A stretch of 64,000 bases of DNA from Kudoa neothunni (taxonomy: Eukaryota > Animalia > Cnidaria): NCBI GenBank assembly GCA_964304625.1, contig OZ199838.1, forward strand, positions 6,993,731-7,057,730, in the 5' to 3' direction. Shown here piece by piece: positions 14,101 to 27,967 of this stretch. The translations under genes and the position numbers were made by a program. Each line of letters opens with the position of its first letter. Within the stretch, counting starts at the first letter, position 1. The notes beneath the pieces are model-generated. The model searched no databases and was not told the DNA's origin. It saw nothing but the letters and a program-made list of their open reading frames with translations.

Positions 14101-17100
14101 ACATTAAACCATTTTAAATACGAGAGAACCTTTTAATATGTAAAATAACTAATGTAAGTGCGACCGGTCCATTACGGTATATAATTATTATGTGCATGCG
14201 AAAAAAAGTGTGTAAAATCGATTACCTACTGTATTATGTGGACTCGATGAATATCAGTATTTATTATGACATTTTTCCCATCAAAAAATTAAAGCTCATA
14301 ATTATCAATCTATTAATATAAATTTCTATAATATTTTACATATATACGAAAAAATAAAAATTAGGTTTAAAAATAAGGAAAAATTTAATATTATCTATGA
14401 CATTTTTTAAAGGTAAGTATTCCATAGATTGCTAAAATCTAATCCTCCAAATGTAGTATTTACATTTAATTGCATTCAGTTTTCAAAAGAAACCATAAAA
14501 AGAGCCAATGATAATCAAATTTAATTGATACAAACTATTTCATTTTTTATGCCAACTATAAATAAGATATTGAATTACCGTAGTATCTATGCGCATGCGC
14601 AGATATATATGGGGATTAAATTTATCTGCGGTGTTTATTCTATCGAGGAGAAAACATAAATTTCAACTTTATATAAAAATTGACAATTATATTCACAAAA
14701 TTTCCTACACAACATATTAAATCGGTACCTGCGACGTATTACGGTACAATAAATCAGTACCTAATATTCAATGATGTGCGCATGGTATGTTATAAAAAAA
14801 TTAAAAAAACCATCTATCCTAAAATATTAATTTCTAATTGTAATTAATTAGTTTACACATCCATAAAATAATTAACTAAGCATCTTTATTTAGGACTTTT
14901 AACGAGAAAATCTCGCTTTATATTCAAGATGCAGGAATATTATTTTTGAAATTAAAACCTGTGCCTTCCTTGCATGTGGATTCTTTTTTATAATTATAAC
15001 ATAATTATGAAAAATTTTGTGTGTGAATTGTTTCAACATCGTCCGTTACTCTACCCAATTATAATCAGAAATTAAATATTCATACGAATTATAACTTTTA
15101 TGATTAATATAAAAGTTTCCATTTACTAATTTTATATAATAAATCCTCGTATATCTGTATAATTTTTCATTAATAATTGAGTTTATATGAAAAGTTTTTA
15201 ACGGTTGATGTTTCAATCATTTCTAACATATTTAAATGTTGTTGAACTTTAGAATTAAACACATTTAAATTGTATTTTTTTAAAAGAATGTTAATGCTAG
15301 AAAACTTTCATATTTGGCCATCACATTATTAATCACATCTAGTCCTTCGGTTGGATGTTGAATCAGGCCATGGTTTTTTTATTGGTAAAAAAGCTGTTTT
15401 CAGCTATATAATGTTATGTTTCTTTTTATAAAGTCTGAATAAATCATAAGAAAAATTTTAATCGGTCTATTGGTAACGTTAAGTTGTTATTAGCATTTTT
15501 CATCATGAACACACACCCATATTTATGTACAAGATTAAAGCCAGGTGATTTAAATTATTAAAATGTACAAAAATAACCTTATCATCTTCATTGTTGCTAG
15601 TGATATAATTATAAAGAGCTGTGTAATCTTTGAGCGAGCAGTACAAAGTAATCAAGTGGTTATGGACATTTTTATCGTGAGAATTGAGAGTCTCGATGCA
15701 AAATTCGATGTAACGTACAACTTCCTTCATCTGTTACAAATGTATGAATGATGAATGAGAAATGTAGAATGAAATTTTTAATTACGATATAGGTGTATTT
15801 TTCAGAGTTAAAATATTTAATGGTATCTAAAATTCGACTAGGATCCAAGGAGCTTCTCATTTCCATCCAAATATTGACGATTTCTTTTGGGTTATGTCTT
15901 ATAAGGGAGTTTGAGTATTCATATATGATGGGTGGAGTTTTCTACATGTTGATTTAGGTAATTTGGTAACATTGAAAATGTTGAATATAATAATTTACGC
16001 ATTTGTTGAGAATATCAGTAGCCGATCTGTAATCTCCGATGTCGATAAAATGGCCCAGCACACATCTATAATCGTTCAGTTTATTAGCCAGCATAATGAA
16101 AAGGTGGTTATCGGTGCATTGCTCAAATATTTGGTAGAACAATGTTCGATACATTCGAATACAATTCTATAATATGACAGAAGATCAGGCCAAGAGTCAT
16201 GTTTCTGAATTATACAAGGTAATTTTTATTGGAGAACAAATATTCAACATATTCGTAGACTTCTTGCTTGATCACAGCGAAATTTTCAGACGCACTATTT
16301 ATTACCAGTTGGTTCAGATGGATTCTTATAAGCCAATTTAGTACTAGCACCATTTGGGTTGTATCCTATAACAAAAGTGGAATGAGATTGGATGATGATG
16401 ATGATGAAAAATAAAAAAGGCGATAATAAAATACATTTTGACCTAATCTAGCCAAAAATTGGTTCAAGTAAAATTGCAAAGGTTCTGTGTTTTCAAGTGA
16501 GAGGAACCTCAATGACGCTTCCTCAAAGTTATCTCTTTCCATTGCATATAACTTTGCAGCCTCAATATATCTATTCTTAATGTTTATCGAATGGATTATT
16601 TATTTGAAAACTTTTTGTTTTTGAAAAGCCAATCTGCTTCTCTTTTGTTTACAACTTTCAGGTAGGCAGAGTTTTCCTATTGGAATATTGTTAATGATAA
16701 GATTTGAAATAAAAATGTAATACTAACTTTGCAATGTATTTTTGCTTCAATAAACATTCCTTCGTTCATGTACGACCTCCAAATATTTCTATATAGTAAA
16801 GTTTGATGTTAGACATTATGATATTATTAAATGAACATAATGTGGATCTAGATTAAGTACCGCAAAACAACTAAGATCTAATAACATCATAAAAGGTGAA
16901 TAAAATAATTCATCAAATTTAGATCGATATGGTTATTAGTCAAAAATTTAAATTTTTATTTAACGTGAGATAAAATATTATGAATTTATTATTTTGATTA
17001 TAAACAAAAATACTATAGGCACGCGTGATAAATTAACACATACTTATTCTTTTATTTTCACTCACAATTTTTCAGGATTGAATCAAAATAAAAATCCTTT

Positions 17101-20100
17101 AATAACAAGACAAATAAAAATAGGGCTCATCTGTGAATTGGTCAATTACTTAAAATAAGAAAGACAAAGGTATCTTTCAAATTTCTCGAAAAATTCGTTT
17201 AAGTGTAGAAATAATTATCTATGTTCTTTTTGGCTACTGTTCACTTATGTCATACCATATCAACGCTTATTCAGATGAATATTACGCAAAAAACCATTAG
17301 CTTAATACTTACGAAAAAATATGATCAATAAATATTTGAATTAATGTTGTTTTATTTATTCGAATTAATAAAATACGGACTATATGTAACAAAGATAAAA
17401 TGGTAAACGCCGAAAAAACTGATAGCATTATATATGTTATTATAACCCTTTCAGATTCGAATATTATTATGTTATTAATTTGATATTAGTTTTAAACAGT
17501 AGTCGCTGGAAGCAACTGCGAAAGCGAAAATATAACGATTACAACATCATAAACTGTTATTTATTCGTGAATTAAAAAATAAGTTAAAGAAAGCTAATGA
17601 ATGAAATATATAAAAACGGTCGTAAAAATACATAGCTCTCACAAAATATTAACGATTATTCCAAGTAGAAGTAAATATGAGTTTAGAACGTTAACTTTGT
17701 TTTTATTATATCTATTATTTGAACAATTGTTTATGTATTTCTGATAATTTTTAATCAATATACTACTGTCATGGTGAAAAAATAAATGAATTTTTCTATC
17801 ACTTTTAGATAAAAAATATTGATTCTTATTTAATTTAGATATTAATTTAAAAAATAAACCATAAAGTATATTTTTTTGTAATATCTGATATAATAATGAA
17901 TAACCAAAATTTTCTGAAATTTATATTTTATAATTATGATAGTATTATAATTGAATTTTTATATTATAGGTGGAATTATTTGATAAATTAATATTTTCGT
18001 GTAAAATCATTCATTCTATTATCATAGAAATGAATTAAAAATATGAAATAATGAACAGCAAAATTATAAGTATTATTTTAATATATCTAAATTTTTATAC
18101 ATTTATAATTAATTCGGAAGAAAAATCTATCCTATTCTATTCACAATGTTCATGAAACGCACAATGACAAATATAATTGTGGATTAAAGTTATTTAAATG
18201 ATAGAAATCATATTATTTTCATTCTGAGCGCGTATATATAAATGATACCGATCTTCGTTTTCTGTGTTGCAAACAAAAACTCTATAGTCGGTAAAATACC
18301 AACATTTCTGGGTGTGACAGTCTTTTGTTACACCAACCGAACGACCATTCTAATTAACCAAACAAATAAGACCACCACACATTAAATATCTCATACAAAA
18401 GTTCCAAGAGTTTCATCCGAAACGACTAACATATTGATGAGACTAATCACTATCATCCTAATTGAAAGTTAGAAATAATAGGTTGAGTCACTGATTACCT
18501 CAATGGGTATAATATCAGACAGTGATAGTTGGTAGCTAGAATTGATATTATTTTATCATCACAATCCTTTGGAAGCCTATAAACAAAATCAATCCTGTAA
18601 TCTAGAAACAATAGAAAAATACGGTAAAACATGCGAAATAGTAGAGTTTGCTTTCATCAAATTGCAATCAATATTAAAATGGCCAAACACAACCCTGGAA
18701 CCTAGAGTAGATAGGATTCGATGCGAAAACAATATGGAAATAACCTGATTGCCAAAGAAATTTTAAGGGCAACTGTTTGCTATCGTAGATGATTTCCACA
18801 GCACCAGTATTTGAGTTGTTAGGGAACTCAATGAAACTGGGCTTTTCGTGGAAGTTTTCAAATAATAAATTTAGGAGAGGGCCACTTGTTGTTTTTCCAT
18901 CATTCATTGGTCCCAAAAATTGATAAAGACGTCTAATTGTAAAAAAGTTTTCAAAATAAATAAAAATAGCAGTGACTGATAAATGTGACTAAAACAAATT
19001 ATAACACATTGCGTCTATTTGTTGGGTTATATCAAAACAATCTGAGTGACTTATAGTTAATCGGTAAAAACACTAAAAAATCATTTTCAAATAAGAAATA
19101 ATTTAATCGTTGATTTACAAAAATTAAGTCAATAACATACCATCGAATTAATATTTTTAGTCTCATTCGAATTCATTTTACAATAAAATTGATAAAATTA
19201 TTCTAGACCAGGGGTAAATTTTAAACGACAAGAGGTAAATCAACTAACACCAAAATTTGATTGTGGTAATTTTCGCAAAATGGGGTTTGTGACGTACTTA
19301 AGGATGTCTAAGGAAATATATTATTCGGGGCCATTAGACTCAACATAAAGTAGGCAGAAATGCTTTAAATGTTTGTAAGAATAAATATTTAACAATTGCT
19401 TATAAAACTATTATCAGTCTCTTTTTAAGTCTCCTTTATCTTTTAGTGACGTAACAATAAAAATACTTAAAATGACTATTTACATGGTAAATAATATTTT
19501 GGTGTCACAAGTTTGGGCTATTTTTATCTATTTCAGGCATCTAAGAGCGTAGGGATGGACCGAAAATAATTTATGTTAGCAAAATCTAAAAAATGAAAGC
19601 TGTAGACAGCTTATGAGTAGAAGTTGATGGGATTAAAAATTGTCATTACACGTGAGTACATGCCTTTTAGAATTTACCCTGAAGACAACCTCGGCCATAG
19701 CTAAACCAATATAAACCTTCAAGTATATATGAATTTGGCTTCCAAGTTAAGGAAGTAAATTTAGATTTTTCAATAAGCCGAAGGGGTAACTGAAAAAACT
19801 GCGGAGAACCCCTGGTCTAGACTAATGTATTGATAGAGATAATTTTGATATATCGCATTTTTCGACATATAGGTTGAAATTTTTCTTAAATGCTGGACAG
19901 ATTTGTGAAATAATAACAAAAGTTAAAATGTCAACTAAGACAAGCAAAAAATAATATTTGATTATAAAATTAAACCTCATTCAATAATATCGCATTAAAC
20001 AGCTAATTCATCGAAATCCATTAAAATATGAGTAAATTGGCGCAGGATAAATGAATTAAAAATTAACCTTAAGTGTCATTACTTTGGAGTAGAAATCAAA

Positions 20101-21128
20101 CAATGAACAGTTCGGGTGCGAACACTCATCCAGCTGAAATAAACGGACTTTATCTCGGGGAACTCATCATCATCAACTTTGAAGAGCTAGAACGATTTGA
20201 ATTTAAGTTAAACTACAAGCAATGATTACATTGTACACTGGAGTTTCATCTTGGACGAGCTTTTTATTTTTAAACGGATTTGAATCAGCTGCAAAATTAA
20301 TGGAGGATTCAAACAATGATCCTAAATAACACTTTAGTTTGAATAAAGAAAGTTTTGAAACTGAACAAACAGTACATATAGTACATGTTAAAAAAATCAA
20401 AAAATTTATTTAATCACCTGTATTTGTTCCAAATAAAATGATATTGTTGTCATCATTTGCCAGTCTATTCTTGATCCAAACTAATGATGTTATAGAATAA
20501 CCCTATCAAAAAATCTTAAAGTAGGGCCTAAATCTCCATCTCCAAACATTACTTCCAAATGTGGCACATAACAATATGTAGCAGTTGTCAAATTAACAAA
20601 TATAGTTTTTGATGATTTTAAGGTGACCAACATCTTTTTGCATTTTGAATCCACAAAAATTTTATTGATGCTATTAGCCTCCAACTGCAGATCAATACCT
20701 AAGGATTGGATGTGTTAAACCAATCACCTACATCAAAAATACTTTCTATGATCATAATATTTTCAACTGATTTTACATCGTACACATAAATCATTCCTTG
20801 TGATAATGCCAACAGTAGTACATTATCATGAACATGAAACGACACAATTTTATTGCTGTGTCTATGAAGGAACAAAAATTAAATTTGGACAGTAAATTTT
20901 AATATTGAAAATAGTTGTTACTTGATAGTTGTTGGGATACGCTTGAAAAGATTTTCTGTGGAGTCCAAATCAAATTTTGATTGGACTGTATCGATATCTT
21001 CGTCCTAAATTTAAATAAAAGGTTTTTGAAACCTGGATTTATCTCTTAAAACCTACAATAACATTAGTACTGTCGGTGACAGCTGTATTCAGCCACGAGA
21101 ACTGGCTTTCATAATTGAATTCGCTCAT
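11170..21128 (-). CDS. VPS18: Vacuolar protein sorting 18 (HOPS/CORVET core subunit), multi-exon
   Basis: Spliced minus-strand peptides: KIFVDSKCKKMLV; RYIEAAKLYAM..NFEEASLRFL; HNHLITLY; LKIEDILQFFDDFTYIDQF; AICESLEDYNKEI. C-terminal RING-like CNSC..PFYAFPCSHSYHQDC...CLMCG. ATG at 21128, TAA at 11172-11170. Confidence 0.9.
13033..14231. mobile_element. Tigger/pogo-type MITE in a Vps18 intron
   Basis: TA-flanked TIRs: cagtcggtaatcgattttgcacact and agtgtgtaaaatcgattacctactg. A second, inverted copy lies at 30629-31272. Confidence 0.85.
13462..14177. mobile_element. Second TA-flanked MITE nested in the 13033-14231 element
   Basis: Ends ta|cagtaatggatccg and gaccggtccattacgg|ta. The segment is absent from the sister copy at 30629-31272. 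Confidence 0.75.
19209..19814. mobile_element. Non-autonomous hAT element in a Vps18 intron
   Basis: caggggt...acccctg termini. 8-bp TSD ttctagac/gtctagac matches the NTCTAGAN target preference of Charlie-type hATs. Confidence 0.8.
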
Positions 21129-21183
21129 TCGAAAAGTAGATTATGAATGGTTATAAGGCTGAGAAAATAATATTTTTTAGTGA

Positions 21184-21193
21184 GCGCACGCAA
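21184..21193. promoter_or_regulatory. Candidate promoter motif GCGCACGCAA between divergent Vps18 and paxillin
   Basis: Identical 10-mer lies next to the POLRMT ATG (54276-54285). A variant lies next to the Med31 ATG. Confidence 0.4.
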
Positions 21194-21689
21194 TTCCCAA
21201 TTGCTGTTGATAGGTTCGATTCAACTGTCCGTTCCAAATCGATGGATTATCTTATTAATACAGATAAGAGTATACATTCTGTGTAAAAGATAATTTTATA
21301 TAACAAAGATACAGCTGTGATGAATTTATCATTTTATCGAATATCAAACGATAAGATGAAAATATTTCGGCGAATATTTAAACACATAAAGACTATTTTA
21401 ATATTTTTTTACATTATCTAATGAGCTTATAGAATTAATAACACTGACTGTAATTTTGGGAGACATTTATTGTGGGCTTGGTGGGTTGATAAAATAAGTT
21501 TCTAAATGTTTTTGCATGTAGTAGAACTAACTATAAATTATGGATAAAGTTTTGTTATATACTCCACCAATATTGATCTAAATGTATTAATCTATTGGAA
21601 AAATTTATTCAACTGGCTCGCTAATATTGACGATCTATTTACAATCGTATAAATAGCTTTATCAAATTGGTTTCGGAAATTACGGCTCG

Positions 21690-24600
21690 ATGAAAGGTAT
21701 ATGCAAATCTTTGGCTATTTTTCATAAATTTATTTTTCGCATACCCCTTGTAGAAGGTATTGATGATGATGATCTTTTTAAATCTTTGGCCAGCATGACC
21801 AAAATGGATGGTGTAATTAATTAAAATTGGAATAGTTTTGGATTATTACTGTGTGTAGTTGGCCAACTTTGATCCCAATGTTAATTCAACATTGTTTGAT
21901 GTGGATAGTTTATTGGAGGAAGATGGATTTTCTGGAAATCGTATCAATGATTTGTCTGAACGTAGCGTATATCTGTTGTGATAGGGAGAAAGGCTTTACC
22001 TTCCTCATATGGATCAAGCGCTTCGGCTTCAAGGACGTCCCTCAGTAGTTCGAAGATAAGAAATTCAGGTTTAAGTTGGCTTGACTCAAGTAATTTTTCT
22101 TCCTTATTAACAGTCCTGTTTTTTAAGTTTAATTGCTATATGAATGACTAATAAATTGATGCAATAGTTCCCCGATTTAGTGGTCTAACTGCCTTTAATT
22201 ATCGTCCGATTTTTAAGAAAGTTCTAATACTTTTGCTTTACTTGTAAACTTTTCACGAAACAAGTTTGTTATGCAATATGAAAACAAATTACATTTTCTG
22301 GGGTACGAGTTTATTATCTTCTATCCACTCTTCCATGTCTAAAATTTCTATTTTAAGTATCAGTTTGATTTGGATTTGTTAATAAAATTTAAGACAGTTA
22401 GTAAGATTAACAATTCATCAAGTTATTATCTCAAAATTTTATTATAGTTTAAAATTCCACGTGATAAAACAGTAGAATTAACCGTCTGCCGATATTTTCA
22501 TCAGAATAATTGAAATAAGATATTTTTTTGAATTAAGCTTATTAACGAGAGTTTTTTATTGGTAATAAAAACACGTTACAAACGGTATTGTTTAAAAATA
22601 ATTAAAAATGCAAATTTTTGAAGTAACGACAAAGTCGAGTTCAGCGATGATTTTGCGTAATTACATTTACCCCACTTCTTTCTTGTTGGAACAGTGAGAA
22701 GTATAGTACATATTAAGAATTAAGAAAATTATCTTTAAAGCAATATAAGATTTCCTAGAAAAAATGATTAAATAATATAGTATATTGCAATGAATACACG
22801 GATAGGGTCGAATATTATGATATTAGTAGCATTTGTGTTTTTATGATTCGCATAGTTAAGCCGGAAGCTGTTGTAGACCTAAAATATTTTTTAAATTGTT
22901 GTTTGGATTTTTGAGAAATATAATTGGTGAAAATAATAAAGCTAACCGCAGAAATAGTATTATTTGATGAATTTTCGTGCTGGTTGTAAAAATTCTGAAC
23001 TCGTGTTAAACTTATTACCTGATGCTCATTCTAAAGTAAAATTTGAAGAATTAAATTCTTAATTCAGTTATATTAATTTTTGACAGGTGTTTACGATAAG
23101 AGTTTTTGATTATTTTATAAGATAATAACTTCGCATAGAATTAAGCATATTCTGCTTTGAAGAATCTATTTACGAAATTTTTTATTCCATAGAAGAAAGA
23201 ATTAAACTAACAAATTTGTTTAAATTTCACTCTCTTAATAAATTTGATAAATGTTGAGGTAAAATAATAAATTAAAATTTTTTTTATCAGAGTAATTTAT
23301 GTCGCGCACGCCTACTTGGGGAACACAGAGACCGACAAAGTATCTCGTACATATAGTCACTCTTACTTATCGCATATTCATCGGGGACGGAAAGAAGGCG
23401 TGGAATATAAAATGATGTCCATAATAAAAATTAATTGTTAATTATACGAAAAAGAAATTATTTCGTGCTATTTTTTAATAAATATACTTATACATTATTT
23501 AATATGTGCAAGGAAATACGTCCCCATTAAATATTAAATTCCATAGTCATTGTATAAAGCGTGTAATATTCGCAAGCGCAATAAACGGAATCTGTTTTAC
23601 ATAGGATAAAATTAATTAAAGAGGTTCAAAAATATGTGAATGGGTTTATAAGGAACGCATAAAGCAATGCGATCTTCATTAGGCTAAAATTCGATAATAT
23701 AATTTTAGAATGTATAAATTTTCGAATGTGCAAATTCGCAAATTGTCGATTTAGTAAAATTAAAACAATATTTTTGGAAAATGAAATAAGAGATTAGTGA
23801 AATAAGGCCACAACTGTAATACATTTTACTAACTAATTTCATGAACAAATATTCATATCTAATGAATCAGATATTCTTAGTTTAATTATTACACTGATTT
23901 TTAAAAATACTTCAGAACCTGTGTGGTTGATTTAAATAAACAATCTGTTGTTGGCTAAATTGCCCAAAAATGACGAAGTGTGATGGTTTTTGCGGATATA
24001 TTAAAATTGTAAGACTAGTGTGCACAATAACGATATGAATTCTAGAGTTTAACTCTTCAAATTTATATTTATTATCTTAATTGAGGAATTTATATAAATT
24101 TTGACTGCTAATGTGTCTAATTATGAAATAAAAAGTGTTAGGATGAGTAATTTTGTATCATTCGAATTTAAATGTATTAATGGCAGCTACAATTAATACT
24201 TATTTGAAATTAATTACTTTAATTAATAGAATAAGTTAATTTTTGTTAATTTAACAATATCATAAGTTGAGTAACAATATTGCAGGTGGGTTCAAAATTT
24301 GTAACACTATTCGTATGCAAAATAAGAATGATTGGCTGTTTTCCATTTTGTTAGATAAGCTTAATACACCCTATTATAGAAATCTACACTTTGCAATAAA
24401 AAAATAAAATGTGACACGGAAATTAAAATCTATTTAATAGAACCAAGTTATTTTAATATGGCTTTATCTGACTTATTTCATTTTTTGTTTTGAGAGGTTT
24501 TAATATTTTATCAAATAAGTTTTTAATTAATTAAGAAATATTTAATTCTTAAGCTCAAATTTCCTTATTAATATGTATATATATTTGTTTATATAGGTGG

Positions 24601-26428
24601 CCTCGGGAATAAAAATAAAAAAGAAGGTAATTTGGTTAAAACTTTATTATTATAATTTTATCACGTTAAATGTCTCAGCCTCTTCAAAGAAAACCAAGAC
24701 ACGTATGCAAATAAATTTGTTATTCATCAATTGATCAATATATATTTAGCTGCGTCAAAAACTACAAATAAAAATCTACAAACTATCGGCGAGAATGTGA
24801 AATCTAAACCTAAAGTTGATATAAAACCTGCCGTAACACCACAAGCAAAAACTGAAAAAGCACCTCCGAAAAGTGAATTCGCGTCCAATCTCGATGATAT
24901 TCTTGGCGAGATGGATGAACTTACCAACACAAAGCTGCCTCAAAACTACGATTCTGAAACTGATTCTATATCCAATATGTTCGGCGGCGAAGATGAGCAA
25001 CCCGAACCTGATGATAATTTCAATGTTGACGAAGATGAGATTGATAATATAGAAGCTGCCCTTGATGATTTAAAATTAGACGATGAGATTACCGCACCCA
25101 TCGTGGAATCTCTTATTTGTAGAGCTTGCGGAGAAACTATCACCTCAGGTCCTGCTTGCAGAATCGCCAAGGGGGTTTATCATTTAGAACATTTTGCATG
25201 TGTTGAATGTGACGGAAATTTGCTCAACAAACCTTTTTATGAAAGACTCGACAAACTCTATTGTATTAACGATTATATAAAAAAATTCGCCCACCTATGT
25301 GAAGTCTGCAAGGACCCAGTTGTAAACGTATTTGTTAAATTTGTTCGATTAAATTCTTTACTTTTAAAATTTTTGATATGTACAAAATTATTAAATTCTA
25401 ATAGCAAAAGCCTGGTTCCATGTTGTAAACTATCAACTGCTAAGCGGGTCCGTGGGTCCCACGGATAATGGCAAGCTTTAGACTCATCTTATTCAGTTAT
25501 TAATGAATATTTAAATCATAATATACAAAAACAATGAAACAGAGAGGATTATAAATTAAAGTGGCTCGAAACTTTGTTTATGCGATTGTTCATAAACCGA
25601 ACTAGTGTGGCGATAAAAATATTAAAGGAGATAAAAATGTTGAACTTTTGTTAAAAAGGTAAGCTTGTGGAGCTTGCCGTTGGTCCTTTGGCATATATGA
25701 GCTGGTTCAACTTTATATTTTTGTTAACGTAACACTCCTCTTGTAATATTTCTTATATCAATTAATACAACTATTCTAACTAGAAACCATGGTTTTTGTT
25801 AAATGACTGTACACAATTATATCTATAATTAATAATATAGATGAATACATAATATTAAAAATGAATTGAATTTATTTTAGGATATAATTCTCTCATTGGG
25901 ACTATATTATCACATGGAACATTTCAAATGCAGAATATGTGATGGAGTGATTGGAGATAAACCATATCACCTGGTAAACAAGGTGCAGCACTGTGTTCAG
26001 TGTTTCGAACAATTGTATTCAAAAACATGTGAATTATGCCAACAACCCATATCTGGAAACCATGTTAGTGTGAAGGGAAAATTTTGGCATAGCGATTGTT
26101 TTAAATGTGTCGTAAGTTGATCATTAATATATCAAATCATAAATTTCATTATTGATAGACTTGCGAAGGGAAGCTTGAAAATGGCTCCTTCCAATTGTAC
26201 CAAAACAAACTCTATTGTGTTAACGACTATCACAGACTTCAAGGGACAATATGCTTAACCTGTAATCAACCCATTATCGGAAGATGCGTCCAGTCCAAAG
26301 GAAGATACTACCACGCCGAACATTTTGTATGTAATCTGTGCAAGACACCACTTGCATCAAAAGCCTACAAGATTCTCAATGATAGAGAATACTGTACCAA
26401 CTGCTTTGATATCAGCTACACAGAATAA
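21690..26428 (+). CDS. Paxillin/leupaxin-family focal adhesion protein (LD motifs plus four LIM domains), multi-exon
   Basis: LD-like motifs DVDSLLEE, NLDDILGEM and IEAALDDL. Four tandem C-terminal LIM domains (for example CRAC...YHLEHFACVEC...YCINDY and YHAEHFVCNLC...YCTNCF). GT-AG introns. The 5' exon assignment is less certain. Confidence 0.85.
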
Positions 26429-26601
26429 AAACTACTCCTACCACTGCACACTTTTTAATGGTTGTACGGTCTACGCCACATAATTGCTAAAACACACAAT
26501 ATAATAGTTTTTTTAGAATGTTCTAATATATAAAAATTTATGAGTTTATTTTTCCTCGATGGCTCTTTAGACATTTATTCACATTGCAAATAAGTGTTTT
26601 G

Positions 26602-27112
26602 TTATAGATGATCGTTTCCCAGAGGTTTATCTCGTACATTTTTTGTCCATTGAGATAATAATTGCTTTTCCAGTTTTATTACAAATTCTTGGTTTTTTAA
26701 TTCCTTCCTAAATTCTTCTGACTGTAATAAATCTAGCATATTCAATCCGAGAGGGTATCTAATTAGATGAAAGTATTAATATAGGAAAAACTCATTAAAA
26801 AACTAAATTTGAGTCCAATGCTCAAAATATTAGATTATTATTTGATCCTACATGATAAAACGTTTGTATTCTGGAGTTTTCCAATAGAGAAGATATTTTA
26901 AATAGTTGATAAAAGTGTCTTGTTCAAAGTATCCATTAAGTGCAATATCTAGATAGAATGCATTTGAAAACGTGCAAGTGAATGGATTTTTGAAGAAATT
27001 TTTTACCATGTAGGTAATGCGGGTTTCCAAGACATTGTATATATTCTAATTCGAGTTCGAATCTGGTTTTTTCGTCAATATCACCTTCGGTCGCATCAGT
27101 TTCATCAAACAT
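26602..27112 (-). CDS. MED31: Mediator subunit 31 (Soh1), 3 exons
   Basis: RFELELEYIQCLGNPHYL | GYFEQDTFINYLKYLLYWKTPEYKRFI | YPLGLNMLDLLQSEEFRKEL is the Med31 signature. Intron phases are consistent. Confidence 0.95.
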
Positions 27113-27124
27113 CCTAAAATTTGG

Positions 27125-27137
27125 GCGCACTGCGCAA
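27125..27137. promoter_or_regulatory. Candidate promoter motif variant GCGCACTGCGCAA
   Basis: Lies 12 bp upstream of the Med31 ATG in a divergent intergenic region. Resembles the motifs at 21184 and 54276. Confidence 0.35.
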
Positions 27138-27967
27138 ACTAGAATCAATGACGATTTTTCTATTCAGATAATATTAAAACTTTATTTAAAATAACTATGA
27201 ATTCGGAAATGTTTTTAATTGTTTTGCCTCTGATTTTTTATTCATTAGCATAAGCATAACTAATTTAGCGCTTGTATGACGGTAGCTTACGAACCTTTAG
27301 CTAGCTATTTAAGTCACTGATCTTGATAGTATATAAATAAGGTTTAAACTTGCGAACATCACGGAAGGGTTCGACGAAAGTCAGCTGTTTGCAGACTTAC
27401 TTTTATCCCGTTCAACAGAATTAGGATGAAGGCGGAATACAAAAATAATTTGTATGATTTTATTGAGAAGGTGGTTATTGAAATGGATCATAATATTCAA
27501 GTAAGTGTATTTTAGCCAATAATTGTTCAAAATCACCCATAAAATTCTAAGTGTACATTTAACGTTTATATAAGTGTATTTTATACTGTTTAAAATTTAT
27601 TTTTTAATAGGAAATGAATTAAAGATTTTTGGAGTAATGGCCGTGATCTTAAGGTCTTTGTGTTAAAATTATGATATGAAATACATGATATAATATTCTC
27701 TGGATTCATTTTTAATCCAGAAGCGCTAAAAAAATGAATAAATATACATTCTCTCTAGAATCTTATATAAATAATGACAATAAATGCTATTTGGTATTAT
27801 ATTTATTTACCATCTTTTAGCTTAACCACTAGATGGTAAATAATTTTTAATTACTCTAACTGTAAATATAAGATCAAAAAGTGACCATTAGTTTCACGAT
27901 AGTTCATCTACTGGCAGGAACTTTTAAATTGAATAGCCCAGGACACTGTAAAAACAAGATACTTTCG

